From Entomortierella parvispora E1425 (lineage: Eukaryota; Fungi; Mortierellomycota), in assembly GCA_020891255.1 (NCBI GenBank), contig BQFW01000003.1, forward strand, positions 1,054,001-1,118,000: a stretch of 64,000 bases of DNA, read 5' to 3'. Below, in pieces: positions 61,907 through 64,000 of this stretch (position 1 is the first letter of the stretch; every line of letters starts with the position of its first letter). The notes under the pieces were generated by a model. It had not been told where the DNA came from, did no database searches, and was given only the letters and a program-made list of their open reading frames with translations. The position numbers and the translations under genes are program-made.

Positions 61907-63832
61907 CTACACTTTGGGTACGAATCCCGTGTGGGCTTTGAAGCCCTTGGGAGGTCCAGCCTCGCAGAGCTTTGCGGATTGTTTTGGCAAGCCCAAGGCA
62001 CGAAGTTCATCTGGGAGTTCAACAAACTGCATCACCAGTCCTGTGGTGACGTGCCATTCGATATGGCAATGCAGCGACCAAACACCAGGGTTATCGGCCT
62101 TGAAGCGGATAACTGCAAATCCATGCCGAGGAATAGTGGCGGTATCGCGTCGCAAGGGGTTGATCGCATTCAACTCTGTCTTGCCCTCCTCATAGACACC
62201 CTGACCTTGAGCAATCACCTGGAAGGTGTGTCCATGGAGATGGAAAGGATGCTCGCCTCCATGTGGGTTCTCCAAGATGATTTGAACGATAGAGTCGCGC
62301 TTGTCAATCTTCATCACATGTTGAGCAATCTCGAATGTTTCTACCGGATCCAGGTTTTGAAGGATGGTAGGCCTCCAGGCGTTTCCTGCATAGGTAATGT
62401 CGTTCAAGTAGCCTCTGGTGATATTGTCGACAGGATCCGCCTTAAAAGTGATTTGGACACGGATGCTCTTCGAAATCGGTTCCAAGAGAGGTTGAGGTTG
62501 AAGTGGGTGAAGTGAATACAAATCCGGATCCAGACACGCAGCCTCAAAAGCGGGGTTGATGGGGGCTGGATCGCCTTTCTTTGGGGTCCCTGGCTGGAAA
62601 CGCCCTACTGAGGTAGGTTCCCCTTTGCCTCCACCTTGGTATCGGATTTCTGCTAGAACGATGGGGTCCAGATTGGTAGGTGTGTTGGGGAGACAGGCCA
62701 TGCCCATTTCAGCCCTCATCCAGTAATTCTTCGGTTCCTGGTTTGTTGTCAAAATGACAGAGTATCGCTGTCCAGTATTGATGGGAAGACTGTCGACCAA
62801 GATAGGGTTGATATCCGTGCCATCAACCTCAATGACCTGAAGCTTGTGCTCATCAATTGAGAACAAGAACGCGGCCGCTGCGCCGGAGTTGATCAATCGA
62901 AGACGGTATCGTCTGTTGGGCAAGAAGTGGAAAACAGATCGTTCTCCTGGGTTGCATTCCAGATTCGCAGGTTGGACCTTTGAGCAATCGAAGATGTTCT
63001 TTCCATTGATCAGTCCACTGTTTGGTACTGGCTCTATGCCCTGACTCTCGGGAGAGAGGTAGTGGGCGAGGAGTGGTCCTGTAGGCAGATGGTACCAGTC
63101 CGAAATCACAATTGTCCGCTCTTCGTCGTAGGCAAGTCGAAATGGGTTTGTCTCGGGTGGGTCCTGAATGATAATTGCGCCCACAAGCCCGTCAATATAC
63201 TGGTTCTCAAAGTGGGCGTGCCACCAATGCCTATTATTAGTGTCCAGTGGATCAAAAAGAAAAGTTGGCGTTGTTTTAGCGGATAGCAACATGTCTGGCG
63301 TGACGGTGATACAGAGTATACATGTCTCTCCCTTCGGATAGACCCTTTGCAGCCAGCCCACTTACGTTCCAACAACATTGTCCGTGCCGAATGCATAGGT
63401 AAAGTTGGTCCCAGGCGGGATGGGGCACTGGTTCATGCCCGGGACACCATCGTACCATGGGTCATCGCGCATTGTCAATCCGTGCCAATGAAATGAGGTC
63501 GGTACATCCAGCGCATTCTCGACCACGACCGTGACAGAGTCTCCTCTGTTGACTTCAATCCTTGGTCCAGGGTACTTCTCGTTGACTAGGATGACAGGTC
63601 GAGTCACTCCATCCGGAGCCAGCGTGGTGCTGGTTACTTTCCAAAAGAAGATTCGATTCCGTGGTGACTCAGTAAAGGCGGGTGGTTCAGCCTGTATTGA
63701 TTCGGCCTGGAGTAAAATGAGAATCAGTGAGAAGAGAAGGCCCACAACGGACTTCCAAGGTGCAACGGAGACTGGGCTGGAGATGCGGCGCTTGGACGGT
63801 TGCAAGCGCTGCATCGTTGCTGTGTATTGCAA
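61907..63832 (-). CDS. Secreted laccase-like multicopper oxidase
   Basis: Copper boxes FHWHG, WWHAH, HPFHLHG and HCHIEWHVTTGL (axial Leu). Signal peptide present; no Fet3-type C-terminal TM. One intron at ~63364-63231. Confidence 0.95.
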
Positions 63833-64000
63833 TGGCTGTCACTGAAGGTGGCGGGTGTTGCTGACGAGCTTGAAGATGTGGATGGGTTAATGCACTGGAG
63901 CGCAAAGGAGGGCGGAAATGTAATGTTAACAGACAGGGTATCACATGGGTAGAAGATGGGCTTGTGATGATCGTAGTTCATCTGGTCAGGGCGCATGGGA

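Overview
Gene-dense, intron-containing fungal DNA. It is probably Mucoromycota (Mortierellaceae-like), inferred from the ~70-150 nt GT-AG introns and the gene families present. I can support about 22 protein-coding loci. In order: a partial secreted S8 subtilisin, CDC7, an eIF4E3-like cap-binding protein, MGS1/WRNIP1, a beta-lactamase-family hydrolase carrying two frameshifts, a GT61-like glycosyltransferase, a CARMIL-like PH-LRR protein, a compact XRN nuclease, a bacterial-like SAM methyltransferase, GOS1, TRS120, a carotenoid cleavage oxygenase, a 7TM His-rich EF-hand membrane protein, an atypical pepsin, GLE1, a divergent alpha-tubulin, translin, an F-box/LRR protein, RFC1, PPC decarboxylase, NADP-IDH and a laccase-like multicopper oxidase. 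I recognised no rRNA, tRNA, CRISPR array or transposon. The best leads are the head-to-head carotenoid oxygenase/7TM-EF-hand pair, the head-to-head XRN/methyltransferase pair and the class III eIF4E. All exon boundaries were read by eye and all homology calls come from recalled motifs, not from database searches.
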